Below, one piece after another: positions 49,401-62,702 of a stretch of DNA of 64,000 bases. The DNA is from Mobula hypostoma (taxonomy: Eukaryota). The notes under the pieces were generated by a model, which did not search any database, was not told where the DNA came from, and saw nothing but the letters and a program-made list of their open reading frames with translations. Each line of letters opens with the position of its first letter. Within the stretch, counting starts at the first letter, position 1. The position numbers were made by a program, and so were the translations under genes. The stretch lies in contig NC_086097.1 in NCBI RefSeq assembly GCF_963921235.1, positions 51,648,001 through 51,712,000 of the forward strand. The letters run 5' to 3'.

Positions 49401-50699
49401 AGTATTCCGCTGTCATGCCCCTGGTGTCACAACATGACCATGAGCGCGTCAACGCACCTCTGAATGAGCCAGAAGTACCTGAAGTTCACACACTGGCAGC
49501 AACCAATGCTTTGGGAATCTGTGATTGAAATAACCAGATAATAACAGATAACTTACCTCCAAACAACTCTGATTGTCTTTAAGATGCTTAATCAGCCAGG
49601 ACAATCTATACTGAGACAGATTTTTGCAGTGGCAGGAGTAAAGAATGCAGCACTCCCCACTGTTTAGTCCATTGTTCCAGGTTCCACCAGTGAACAAGGC
49701 TGGCTGATCACCTACCAACAGCACCCTAGTTTATTAAGGTCTTACAGGTATCAGGTTAACAATGCACTGGTTCTAATCAATACTACATGACAGACTTGTT
49801 AAGGTGAGCCCTGAACAAGGCATTTAACTAGCTGCTAAACTGAAACTGAAATAATCCTGCTTACTTCTTCTAAAGTGAGATAGTCATTAAGTGACTGTAA
49901 GACATCATAATGGAAAGCCAAGGAAAGACGTTAGTTCCTTAGATTCTTACTACAATAGTTCCAACATTGTTTTTGTAACTTACTGTTATCTAAAAGAGGG
50001 CAACAGACAGAACCTCACCTATGGTGCTCTTCCATTCTGTTATATGATTGTATTGGTCACTAACGTAATTTAGGTTTCTGGCTCTAGTTGTATGTTTACA
50101 TGAATGGATTGGTGCCAAGATCTGATCTGAAGTCCTTGAAAAGACTTCTGTAAAAATCACTATGCCAGAATAGTGCAGTTTCCATAGCAATGAGAGTTGC
50201 AGCCAATTTGCAGAGCAATATTCTGACATTAAAGCAGCATTAACTCTGCAGCTCTTATCAAACTGTGATTGTTCACTCCCACCTCACACAGAGCTTGTGA
50301 CCAGCGTGAATGTGAACAATGGATAAAGGAAAGGAAAAGATGACCCTCAGTGGAACAATTTCAAGACGTAACTAAGATTGTGAATGCCTACAAGAAAATG
50401 AACCTCAAGGTAGTATACACGACATATATGTACTTTGATAATAAATTTACTTTGAACTTTGTTTATCATGTTACTCAGAGGCCATCGTGATTTATCTCAT
50501 GAGTGGTGGATGTGGCTCACTGATAGGTGGAAAGAAGGCTTTTGCACAGTCATATTGCAGATTATAAATATATCTAATATTCCCAGCTAAAATATATATG
50601 TATAACTGGATTTAGATTGGTAAGAAGAATTTAAATCCTACTTTTGTATTGGATGACTGAGAAGTGACTTGGATCTGCTCCTTTTTGCCTCCTGGACCA

Positions 50700-51745
50700 C
50701 CAGGTCGACAGTAGATGCCATCTCATGGGCTCATCACCCAACCCTGGAACATGCGGATGGCAAAGATTCATACATCAGGATGCTCCTTATTGACTACAGC
50801 TCTGCAGTTAGTACTATCATCCCCTCAAAACTAAGCTTCTAGACTTTGGCCTCAATACCTCCTTGTGCAAATAGATCTTTGATTTTCTCACTTGCAGATG
50901 CCAGTCAGTTTGGATCAGCAATAACATCTCTTTCACAACCTCCTTCGGCACGGGTGCACGATAAGACTGTGTACTTTGCCCCCTGTTCTACTCACTTTAC
51001 ACTTATGACTGTGAGGCTAAGCTCAGCTCCAATGCCATATTCCAGTTTGCTAATGACACCACTGTCGTTGGCTGAATCAAATGTGGTGATGAATCAGCAT
51101 ATAGGCAGGAGATTGAAAATCTGCTGAGTGGAGCCACAACAACAACCTCTTTCTCAATGTCGGCAAGACCAAGGAGCTGATTGTTGTCTTTAGAAGAAGG
51201 AACCAGAGGTCTATGAGGATCTGAGGTGGAGAGGGTCAGCAGCTTTAAATTCCTCAGTGCTATCATTTCAGAAGACCTGTTCTGAGCCTAACACAAAAGT
51301 GCAATTATGAAGAAGGCACAACAGGGCCTCTACTTCCGTCAGAGTTTGCAAAGATTCGGGATGTCATCTAAAACATTAACAAGCTTCTATAGATATGTGG
51401 TGAAGAGTATATTGACTGGTTGCATCACAGCTTGGTATGGACACAACAATGCCTTTGAATGGAAAATCCGACAAAAAGTACTGGATATGGCCCAGTCCAT
51501 CAAGGGTAAAGCCCTCCCTACTACTGAGACCATCTACATAATGTGTTATTGCAGGAAATCAGCATCCATTATCAACAACCCCTACCACTCAAGTCATGCT
51601 CCCTTTTTGCTCCTGCCTTTTGGGAGAAGATACAGGAGCCTCAGGACTCACACCAACAGGTTCAGGAACAGTTGTTACCCCTCAGTCATCAGGTTCTTGA
51701 ACCAAAGGGGGTAACATCACTCAACTTCACTTGCTGCATCACTGG
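50700..51745 (+). mobile_element. Rex1/Babar-like LINE, degraded
   Basis: IRMLLIDYSSA, KAQQGLYF, SILTGCITAWYG, RFRNSCYP. Confidence 0.88.
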
Positions 51746-54397
51746 TTGAATGCCCAAGTTGGTGCTGTCTTACATTGATGTTATTGTGGTTGTTATTCTA
51801 TTATGTATAGAATAATAGAAGAAAATGAATCCCAGTGTTGTATATAGTGACATATAGGATATTTGATAATAAATTTACTTTGTACTTTGAACTTTGCTGA
51901 GATGCATAGATTAGTGACAAATCATTGTGTTTGCTGATGACATGCTCAACTATTCCATGAAGAAAGCAGCTGAAGAAAAATGTGATTTGTTTGACCGAAT
52001 TTTGATAGGTGCACCCCTGAATAAGCAGCTGGAAACTTATTGAGACTCTGAGGTGACGAAAGAAAATGGAGAATTTTCTTGACATGAACACATCAGGAAT
52101 TGATTTAACTCATTGGATAAAATAGAACACTTCCGTATATTCTAAAAGATAGCAGAGGTTTTATATAGACGTTAACAATTACAAACCACATAATTGATGG
52201 AAAATTTTTACTTTCCTGATTCCATGTGGTTCTTATGAATTAATTGTACTGTATAATCGGCGGGGAATCAAAATATCGGCTACACCCTCCAATCCAACTC
52301 CATATGGATATGAATAATGCATGAATGATGCATCCTCGGTGAATAATTCAAGATTAAAAATAACTTTACAATAGTTGCATAACTTCTGAAATTGTCAAGG
52401 CAATTAACTGTTCAAAATTCTCCAAATGCTGTTCACGTATGTACTTATTATCTATTCTCTCCAGAGTTTTGTGAATTGCATTGCATTTTACTCCTTGCTC
52501 CAATGATCACTATTTTCTGTGAAGTCTTTTATGGCTGAATTTTCTCGCTATTTGGCAATAAGGAAGGGCAGCATTTTTGTCCTATTACCCAAGAGAAATT
52601 CTGCAGTTGCCTTAGAATTATAAATGAAGTGTCCAGCAATGTTGTTTTATATGATTGCAAACTTGTCATAGGATGAGTAGAGTTAGAGTGATATTTAGCG
52701 AGGAATTATTTTACTTTCATTCTCATTGCTAGATGTGTTCTGTTTTGCTGAGTTTTGTGTTGTTCTGCTGAGCATTGTGGGTATGCTATGTTGGTGCCAG
52801 ACTGTGTGGTGACACTTGCAGGCTGCCCCTGGCACATCCTTATGACATGCTAGTTGCTATTGCAAACGACACATTTTGCTCTGCTTCAATGTACAAGTGA
52901 TAAATTAATTAATCTAAATCTGTACATCTTCTCTGAGACAGCATAACTCAGATAAAAGAAAGGGTCTTCCAGGCATCTGCTCCCTCAGTACTGTTCAAAT
53001 TGATGTGCTCAAGTCTCTTGCGCAGGACAGGAACTTAAAATCTGCTGACTTGCGGGTGAAAGTACCTCCCACTGAAATAGGAAGGCTAAACATATAGCTG
53101 ACAATCGCTTAATGTCAGATGTTGCTGAAACAGTTCTTCTGTCTATATTTCCCATTCTTGATACAGTTAACCCACTTTACCAGCCTGAATAAGAGAAGGA
53201 ATCCTGTGACTGAAGAAAGACTCTCAGCCTTTAAAACATCCCTGAAAAGTTTTGACAACTGTTTATGCCCCACCTTAATTACTTACATTTAAAAAGTTTA
53301 AAAATAGTTAATCGAAATGCCTAAAACTAGAGAGAAAAAAATCAAAAATATGAACCTGAACTCAAATAATTAAGAAAAAGGATGATGCCTTCTTCTTTGC
53401 CTCCAACACCTTGGTCCTATAATCCCATTGGATTCAATGAAGTCTTGGATCCTGCATCATTCAACCTGACACAGAGTCCAAGAGGTAAAAATTCTACTGC
53501 AGCAGTCAGAGCTCTAAGTTTACCATCAGTAAGTCTAGGAGTTTTGCATGAAGTCCTTCACTTACTGTTATTTAAATATCAAAATGCTGGTGCATCCAAC
53601 AAGACCCAGCCAATATTTCAAACAGGTTAATGTGTCCTTTCAAATGGAGGCATACATGAGATGCTGAAGAATATGGTAAACATTCAGATGCAATACACTT
53701 GTGATAAAAATTCAAAGGATTCAAATTATTTATTGTCAAAGAATGTGTAAATTATACAACTTTGAGACTCGTCTGCTTACAGGCAGCCATAAAGCAAGAA
53801 ACCCGAGAAAACTCTATTTAAAAAAAAGACCAACACCCAAAGCACAGAGAAAGGAAAAAACCCACAAAGAATGCAAACAATAAAAGTAAGCAACAGCACT
53901 TTGAACCAGATTGAGTCCATGGACCTGGAGTCTGGAGCAGCCGGAGTGGGGCCATAGTCTCAGTATGGTTTTCATTTTATGATGTTTTAATGTATTTCAA
54001 CAGAGTGAATAGATACAGAGATAGCTTATCTCGTCAAAATGAAATCTGAATTTATTTAGATGGATGGATGGCAGTATTAGCAATTCATGAGAACCACATT
54101 TTTAGTTTATCCAATTGTTGTTCACGAGGCTGGTCATCTCTTTCTGCTGATAGGATCAACCATTTCAATTATGGTTGGAATAATGAGTAGATAAATGCTG
54201 ATTTTTATTTAAGGACAACTGATTGAAAATATTGTGAGGAATATTTTTAATTTAATTCAGTGCAAATAAATACCAAATAATAAGTTGTCCTTCTTCATAA
54301 ATTAACTTGATTCAGCCATTTCCCCAAGGATGATTCCGTTTTTTTTATATACTGTGTACAGTGTAAATAAAGAAATGGTTGCAAATAGTGCTAAGCA

Positions 54398-55038
54398 GTA
54401 GTGAAGAAGGTGAATGCAATGTTGGCATTCAATTCTAGAGGAATAGAGTATAGGAGCAGGGATGTGATGTTGAGGCTCTATAAGGCGCTGGTGAGACCTC
54501 ACTTGGAGTACTGTGGGCAGTTTTGGTCTCCTTATTTAAGAAAGGATGTGCTGACGTTGGAGAAGGTACAGAGAAGATTCACTAGAATGATTCCGGGAAT
54601 GAGAGGGTTAACATATGAGGAACGTTTGTCTGCTCTTGGACTGTATTCCTTGGAATTTAGAAGAATGAGGGGAGACCTCATAGAAACATATCGAATGTTA
54701 AAAGGCATGGACAGAGTGGATGTGGCAAAGTTGTTTCTCATGATGGGGGAGTCTAGTACAAGAGGGCATGACTTAAGGATTGAAGGGCGCCCATTCAGAA
54801 CAGAAATGCGAAGAAATTTTTTTAGTCAGAGGGTGGTGAATCTATGGAATTTGTTGCCACGGGCAGCAGTGGAGGTCAAGTCATTGGGTATATTTAAGGC
54901 AGAGATTGATAGGTATCTGAGTAGCCAGGGCATCAAAGGTTATGGTGAGAAGGCAGAGGAGTGGGACTAAATAGGAGAATGGATCAGCTCATGATAAAAT
55001 GGCGGAGCAGACTCAATGGACCGAATGGCCTACTTCTG
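54398..55038 (+). mobile_element. Young 5'-truncated CR1 LINE with an open ORF2 C-terminus (54401-54970)
   Basis: LYKALVRPHLEYC...RRMRGDLIETY...FFSQRVVNLWN; 3' UTR hairpin and tail. Confidence 0.95.
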
Positions 55039-55628
55039 CTCCTTTGTCTTATGGTCTAATTTTTGCTCTGTTAGATGCCCTCCCTTTGGCTTTTATGTTT
55101 GCTTTGACCTCTCTTGTTAGCCACGATTGTGTCATCTTTCCTTTAGAATACCTCTTCCTCTTTGGGATGTATATATCCTGTGCATTCCAAATTGCTTCCA
55201 GAAATTCCAGCCATTGCTACTCTGCCGTCATCCTTGTCAGTGTTCTATTCCAGTCGATTCCGGACAGCTCCTCCCACGTGCCTCTGTAATTCCCGTTACT
55301 CCACTGTAGTACTGACACACCTGACTTTTGCTTCTCCTTCTCAAACTTCAGGGTGAATTTGATCATATTATGATCACTTTCCCCTAAGGGTTCTTTTATC
55401 TTAAGTTTTCTAATCAATTCCAGTTCATTGTACAACACCCATTCCAGAATAGCTGGTCCCCTAGTGGGCTCAACCACGAACTGCTGTAACAAACCATCTC
55501 ATAGGCACTTTAGAGATTCCCCCTTCTGGAATCCAGCACCAATCTGATTTTCCCAATCTACCTGAACATTGAAATCCCCCATGACTATTGTAACATTGCC
55601 CTTTTGGCATGCACTTTCATCTCCCATT
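55039..55628 (-). mobile_element. CR1 ORF2 endonuclease fragment
   Basis: VVEPTRGPAILEWVL...EPLGESDHNMI. Confidence 0.88.
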
Positions 55629-55654
55629 GGAATTGCAGGCCATATCTAATGCAA

Positions 55655-56163
55655 TAAAAAGAGCTTTGACCAGTGCCCAGTCCGGACATTGGAGGTTTTG
55701 AGAGGAGGGGACTTCAATCAGGTCCACTCCCAAGGCAGCATTGAGTTGCTACGGTGAAAAAGAGCTTTGACCAGCGACCAGTCAGTGTTTGGGGTTGATT
55801 AGCAAGAGCAAATTAAATGAAGGCGGGGGAAGCACACCGGCAGTTGTCTGAATAGATAGAGTCAGAGTGCAGATCTTGAAGTTTTAGCTCTTCGAGGCTT
55901 CCATGAAGAGAGGCTTCCATCAGAGAAATCAAAGAAAAGAAAAGCTCTATGTTAAGTTTTTTTTCCCCATCCCTTCTTTCTATCTGCTCAGCTTAGACAG
56001 TAGAGGTGCCAGGTAGGACGTTCCTCTTTCAGGATGTGGGAAGACAGGGAGACCTCCAGTGTCCCTGATGACTACACCTGTGAGAAGTGCATCCAGCTGC
56101 AGCTTCTGACACTCCGCACCAAGGAGTTGCAGCTGGAACTGTATCTACTCTGGGTCATTCAGA
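55655..56163 (+). mobile_element. CR1 5' UTR and ORF1 N-terminus
   Basis: MWEDRETSSVPDDYTCEKCIQLQLL..R.KELQLEL (zinc finger / leucine zipper type); duplicated 5' UTR motif with a period of about 101 bp. Confidence 0.75.
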
Positions 56164-57886
56164 TCACAAGTGCAGTGCTTTCTTGCATTGAAGTGAGGCT
56201 TAGCTGTCCTCACTGATGAGTCTCTGGTGCTATCCATACTGCAATGCAACCCTGCTTTTGGATACCAGCTTGAAACTGATTCAGGATCCATAGACACCAA
56301 AGGGTGCAGACTTTAATCCCAAGGATTAGGATCCTAATTTTATCGGCATTGTTTAAACATAGGGCAAAGTAGAAACAATTGAGGTTTGGAGTATCACGTA
56401 GTGGTTGGACACAGCTTGTGGCACAAATGGAAACGGTAAGTGGACCTGACAGACCAGAAAGCCTTTCTTCAATCAACTAATTCAATTGTATCCATCTGAG
56501 CAGATGGATATTGTGCGGTGCGAATATACAATAAGAACTGATAACATGTTTGTACTCTATTGTATGTGAGTGAATTGACCCAGTAAATCAGTTAAGCTTG
56601 AACGTTATCTAGGCAAAAGTCCAAAATCATTGCCAGCTCTTGCCTCAAGGTTGCATATAAGTCACACACAATGTATTTGTTCTTCAGAAACCAGAGTGCA
56701 GATTTCATTCTCTGGTAAGTGTTACTGAGATTCATAGAGATAATGGCTTTGGGGAGGTGCAGGAATTGAAAACTGTGGGAAATTTTACTCTTAGATTTTA
56801 TTTGCATGTACCGTCTTTCATTTGACCTGGTTTGAAGAGTCAGCCAGATGTTGCTTGAGGGGAAAGTCACTCTGAGTAGCAGGAAACTATTACCATCACC
56901 TTCTGGAACATTTGTAACAGTCAGACCGTGATTAAGAGGAATACCTGGAGAGAATTGTGATCTGGGGTTAAGAAAGGACATTCTGCCAGAGGAGGGAAAA
57001 GGTTTTTTTCTGGGGTCTCGAGGAGCATTCTACATTGCTTTCAAAGTCTAACTGATGTTGCAGGATAAAGCAGAGAGAGTAGCAGGCTCAGGTATAGTTA
57101 TGCAAATGTCTTACCAACCAGAGATCGAGACTCAGTATCCAGAGACATGGGATCAAATTCTACCATGGTAGTTGGTGGTATTTCAATTTAATTAATCAAA
57201 TAAATCTAAAGTATAAAAAAGATGTTCATATTAACCATAAAACTACTAGATTGTTGAAGAAATACACCTCATTTATTAATATTCTAAAAGAAATGATATC
57301 TATTACCCATGTGATTGTGTCTTAAGTCCCTCTGCAGTTCAGTAGCCCTTAGAGGAGGACTGCGTCTGACGTGTTCGGACCAGGGAATTGCTCTGGAAGT
57401 AAAATGGAGCTTTAAATTAAGTAAGTAAATGATGGGTCCTAGTGGAACAGAATGTGGAATCCTAAAGAGCAAAGGCAAAGAAGTGGTGCTGGAAAAAGAC
57501 TGGGGCCTGGATAACCCAACTGTTTCAGGCAAATACAGAGTTTCAAATCAAAAGAGTACATTGATGCACAGTGCTCTGGTAAGAAAAAAAAATGATAATA
57601 GGGCAAATAGGACCAAAAAAAAAATGCCTATGAACATTGAAAAGGTGCAGAATATCCAAGGATGAATAGAAGGGAAAGGTGCCCTTAGTAAAAGATGAAA
57701 TCAGATCAAAAGTTGGAAAGAATATTCATTTAGAAAGTCATGATCTGGATTTAGTCTGGATCGAGGTAAGAAGCCCAATGGAGCAGAACAGACTTGTGGT
57801 TGTCTTATCATCACTCAGTGGCCACTTTACTAGGTATACCTGCTTGTTGATGTGTCAACACATTCAGATATGGTCTTACTCTGGGG

Positions 57887-58042
57887 AGCATTTATTGCTT
57901 ATCTTTTCCTTTAAGTTCTGCAGCAGTTCTCATTAAAGTCATTGAGAGAGAGAGAGGGAGAGAGACTGAAGCACGTCAACACTTCACTGACTTTAATGAG
58001 AACTGCTGTAGAACTTAAAGGAAAAGATAAGCAATAAATGCT
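57887..58042. repeat. 59-bp inverted repeat with a 38-nt (GA)-rich loop
   Basis: 57887-57945 versus 57984-58042, 57/59 complementary. Confidence 0.95.
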
Positions 58043-58434
58043 AGGCCAACAGGGCCATTAATTAAAGCTCTCAAGCAGAAAGTTAATGCCAACACTGTGG
58101 CTGGAAACAATAACTAATACGAAATGAATACCACTCCTTGCCAGCACCAGTCTTAACAATAGTCTGCTTTCCTAGACAAGGGTGAGGTTAAGCAGAAAGT
58201 GTAAAGGTTGCTGTGCTTTTGGTCAAGTCTGCACAACACTAGACTGAAAAGAAGGGAGTTAAATACCACCATGATGGAACACTAATTAGCTGGAACGTGC
58301 GTACTGATGAGCGCGATTGTTGAGCCTATTGCTCAGCCTGTCTGCGCGGATGTGTAGACCTTGCAGCAGAGTCCACGTTTGTGACATGAGGCAAATATCC
58401 TTAGAACTCTTTAGAAGTTTATGAAGTTTTGAAA

Positions 58435-59070
58435 TGGCATGTAATACTTTGACAAACTTCTAGAGATGTGTGGTGGAGAGTATATTGACTGGTTGCATCA
58501 CAGTATGGTACGGAAACACCAATGCCAGTGCCCTTCAATGGAAAATTCTATAAAAAGTAGTGGATATGGACCAGTCCATCACATGGCAAGACCTACCCAC
58601 CACTGAGCACATCTGTATGGAGCGTTGCAGCAGGAAAGCAGCCATCATCATCAGGGACTCCTTCCACCCAGGACACACTCTCTTCTTGCTGCTGCCATCA
58701 GGAAGAAGGTACAGGCGTCTCAGGACTCACACAAACAGGTTCAGGAACAGTTATTACCCCTCAAACAACAGGTACTTAAACCATTATTCAACTTCACTTG
58801 CCCTATTATTGAAATGTTCCCACAACCTATGGACTCATTTTCAAGGACTCTTCATCTCATGTTCTCGATATTTACTGTTTATTTATTTATTATTATTTTT
58901 TCTTTTGTATTTTTACAGTTTGTTGTCTTTTGCACATTGGTTGTTTGTCCATCCTGTTAGGTGTGATCTTTCATTGATTTACTGAGTATGCCTGCAAGGA
59001 AATGAATCTCAGGGCTGTATATGGTAAGATAAGTCTTCTTTGTTAATAAATTTACTTTGACTTTGAATTT
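58435..59070 (+). mobile_element. Rex1/Babar-like LINE 3' fragment
   Basis: HPGHTLFLLLPSGRRYRRLRTHTNRFRNSYYP; AATAAA plus (CTTTGA)n tail. Confidence 0.88.
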
Positions 59071-59325
59071 TGATATCTAATCAGCTAATTATGTGGCAGC
59101 AACTCAATGCATAAAAGCATGCAGATATTGTCAAGAGGTTCAGTTTTTGTTAAGATCAAACATCAGAATGGGGAAGAATTGACATCTAAGTCACTTTAAC
59201 AGTGGAATGATTGTTAAGACCAGACAGGGTTGTTTGAGTATCTCAGAAACAGCTGGTCTCCAGGGATGAAATCACATCTGAAGAAACAAAAGATGTTGAG
59301 ACAAGATCCTTCAATGAACAGTTTC

Positions 59326-59779
59326 TGTTGCAATGTGCGGCGACTGGAAATGGAGGAAGCGGACCCAAGTGCAGGACACAGGCACGGAGACTTGACATGG
59401 GGATGGACTTGGACCTGACCTGGACACGAAGCCTTGACTGGGACTCGGAGCCTTCAAAGCAAAGCGACAACAGACCACTCGCATCCAAGCTCGGAGCAGC
59501 GGCAAAACTCAGCTGGACACGAGATGACAAAAACAAACAATAACAGACAATAGGAATCTTGACACGGAGAAGCTCATGAAGATGGTCCCTTATTCTTGGC
59601 GGCTCGGAACATTCATCACTGCCCCGGCTATGGTGGCGGACCAGCCTCGAGTAGCTGTAAGCCGGGGTTTTTATCCTGCCGGTTTGGATGAAGATCAGAT
59701 GTCCTGATCAAGGAGCCCGGTGGAACACGGGGAAAAGGAAATTCACTGAAATGAGTAGTTAACGGACCGGACCATGACA
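59326..59779 (-). mobile_element. Solo LTR (454 bp), Gypsy-type
   Basis: TG...CA ends with a perfect 5-bp TSD GTTTC (59321-59325 / 59780-59784). Confidence 0.88.
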
Positions 59780-59784
59780 GTTTC

Positions 59785-60160
59785 AAGAGACATTTATTAT
59801 TACCAAAGTAAATTTATTATCATAGTACGTACATATCACCATATAGCACCCTGAGATTATTTTCTAGTGGGCATTCATAACAGAACAAAGAAATGCAGAA
59901 AGTTCAATGCAAAACTACACCCAGAGACTGACAACCAACCAATGTGCAAAAGAAGACAACTGTGCAAATCAGTCAATAAATAGATAAATAAATAGCCAGA
60001 TCAACAGACACTTAAATAAATACATATATAAATAAATAATACTGAGAACATGAGCTGTAGAGTCCTAGAAAGTGAGTCTATAGTTTGTAGAATAAGTTCA
60101 GTGTTGACATGAGTGAAGCTATCCATACTGGTTCATGAATCTGATGGTTGAAGGGTAATA
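59785..60160 (-). mobile_element. Rex1/Babar-like LINE 3' UTR fragment
   Basis: Reverse complement resembles 58730-59070. Confidence 0.7.
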
Positions 60161-60546
60161 CCACATGGGAGTTTAGAAAGCAAATTCAGCTACCTGGCTA
60201 TTTTTGGGTTAGGATAGGCAAATATTGGTGAGCTGCCATCTGCTAGCAAGTTTGCCTAGCATACTGCATATTGGATTTGATTAAAGAAAAACTAGCAAAG
60301 AAATACAAAAATTAATGATCAAAAAATGGAAAACACAACATAGATCTTCTAACTATGTATTTTTAAATGTGTTAATATGTCAAGTTAAATGAAACTTAAC
60401 CACACCAAATGCCAAATTAATGCAGATTAATGCATTTGTTAAGACACTGTCAGCAGATTCCTGGTTAGGGGAAGACTTGCCTCAAAATTCCCCCTGGAAA
60501 ATGAGCTCCATCTCTTTTTTTTTAAATAACAATGTCACTTAAACAT

Positions 60547-61386
60547 GGGTGGTGGAGTGGGGATACATCTCTACCAGAGGAGGTGTAAGGTGCTCCTTCC
60601 CTCCGCTAGCCTGAAGATCACCCATGGGTAAGTGTAGCACCTGCGTAGCCCCATTCAGGGTCACATGAAGCCGTGGAAGCAGGGGGTGGATGGTCATATG
60701 AGCAGCTGTTGCATATCACAAGTCCCTGGTTATGCAAACATTGACACCAGGCAGACGATCGCTGAAAAGTATTGATATTGGCTGGCTCACCCGTCTTGTA
60801 GAGGCACTGGCCAGAAGGAGGCACAGGCAAACCACTTCTGTAGAAAACGTTACCAAGAACAAGGGTGTTGCCTGGATTGGGGAGCATGCCTTATGAGAAC
60901 AGGTTGAGTGAACTCGGCCTTTTCTCCTTGGAGTGATGGAGGATAAGAGGTGACCTGATAGAGGTGTTCAAGATAATGAGAGGCATTAATTGTGTGGATA
61001 GTCAGAGGCTTTTCTCCAGGGCTGAAATGGCTAGCATGAGAGGGCACAGTTTTAAGGTGCTTGGAAGTAGGCACAGAGGAGATGTCAGGGGTAAGTTTTT
61101 TAATGCGGAGAGTGGTAAGTGCGTGGAATGGGCTGCCGGCGACGGCGATGGAGGCAGAAATGATAGGGTCTTTTAAGAGACTCCTGGATAGCTACATGGA
61201 GCTTAGAAGAATAGAGGGCTATGGGTAAAGCCTATGTAGTTCTAAAGTAGGGACATGTTCGGCACAGTTTTGTGGGCCGAAGGGCCTGTATTGTGCTGTA
61301 GATTTTCTGTTTCTATGTTTCTAACAATCATGGTCAAGACCATAATTGCCCATGTCATACAACATGGCACTTAATGACGATGATGA
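60547..61386 (+). mobile_element. Probable non-autonomous RTE-derived element, split by CR1
   Basis: GGCAAACCACTTC RTE-like motif and (GAT)n tail; the two halves join across the CR1 insertion. Confidence 0.55.
60863..61322 (+). mobile_element. CR1 LINE 3' fragment
   Basis: RGDLIEVFKIMRGI...RGHSFKV; (TTTCTATG)n tail; flanked by AACAA on both sides. Confidence 0.9.
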
Positions 61387-62702
61387 AGAAGTCATTTAAA
61401 CATTTAATATGATACTTGGAATAAGCATTAACAATGAAAGAAATTTATGAAACTCATTCACTCCATTTAATTTATATTGCATGTTAACTTTCAAAAATAA
61501 AAATAGAAACAAGAATTTTCAAGTTGCCAGTATCAGAATGTGTATTTCTACCCTTCAAATTTCCATTGATGACAAGGAGGGATAGTTTTTATCGTTGAAA
61601 CTCATTGGAATATATTTCAATTACTGTGTCAAAATAAACTGATGGATGCATGTGCTAATCTTTTATCTGAGAGGATAAAATGCATATAGTGCAGTTTTGA
61701 AGCCAGAGAAAGCATTGTTCTGTTCCTGCAATAGCTTCGACAATAGAACTGTGCACTTTAGATGGGACTGGGATTCCACATTATTGTTTTGAAGGATCTG
61801 AATTCATCTTAATATCTTGCTAATCTGTTTTATTTCAATTTAAAGCAAATCTGTTTGAAATTCAAATGCTGCATATTGCTCGAAGTTAGTGGAGAAATAT
61901 AGATTTTTGCTTACCAGCTGAAATAACACAGTTGTTGAGGCAAATTGGACTCTGACTAACACTGTCCAATGCTGATTATTTTTGGTTTCTGTAATCCTCC
62001 CCTCCAGTCCCCATGGTTATGACGTCTGTACATGGCTTACATAAAACTGCTGCACACGTACATGAGGTATGTGCTTGCGCGTAAACCAATAAATTACCAG
62101 GGAAGAAAGGTGACAACTGAATAAAAATTACAAGAGCAGATGGTTTCCTGGAAGGATGCTGTAGTCAGTCTGTGTGGGAGTTGCAAAGGGGAATGTGTTA
62201 AGTACAGAGTGAGATTTGCTCACCAGCCGACTGCTGTACTGTATATATTAGTGTACATTTTAAACTGCCAGAAAGCTAACTCAATGTGTCTAGTTTTGCT
62301 AGGAAATGTAATATTGTAGATATATATAGTGGAGTAAGAATACTAGATCTTGTTTGAATTTGGTATTAATTTCTTCTGTATGATATTTGGCAGAAAAATA
62401 ACTAATCTATTGAACATGAAAGCTGCTTAATGGCCATCACATTATGTTTGTATTGATTACAATAGTAATTTTGGTCAATAGAAATTACTTAGAAACAAGG
62501 AAGGATAGTGGCTTTCCATGATTCATAAGAGCTGCTTATCTCAAGAAGGTAATGAAGAATTGTTATTTCCTGTTTTTTCAGGTCTCAACAAGACTAGTTC
62601 ATGGGCTACTTAAATAAGAATAGAGATGCACAAATGAGATGGCCACCAGCAGAACGTCAAACCAGTTTAAGTTCCTTTCAGATCAAGCTACTGTTGTGAT
62701 CC

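Larger units (their letters stand above)
57812..59275 (+). mobile_element. Tc1-like transposon 5' part, split into 57812-57852 and 59073-59275
   Basis: TIR-like CACTCAGTGGCCACTTTA.TAGG; transposase start MGK..LS.F..GMIV..RQG.LSISETA. Confidence 0.75.

Noticed and set aside
56592..56981. 129-aa minus-strand ORF
   Set aside because: No recognisable domain or splice structure; length is compatible with chance.
62565..62620. Strong plus-strand splice acceptor TTTTTTCAG|G
   Set aside because: All frames stop quickly and no donor or other support is visible.
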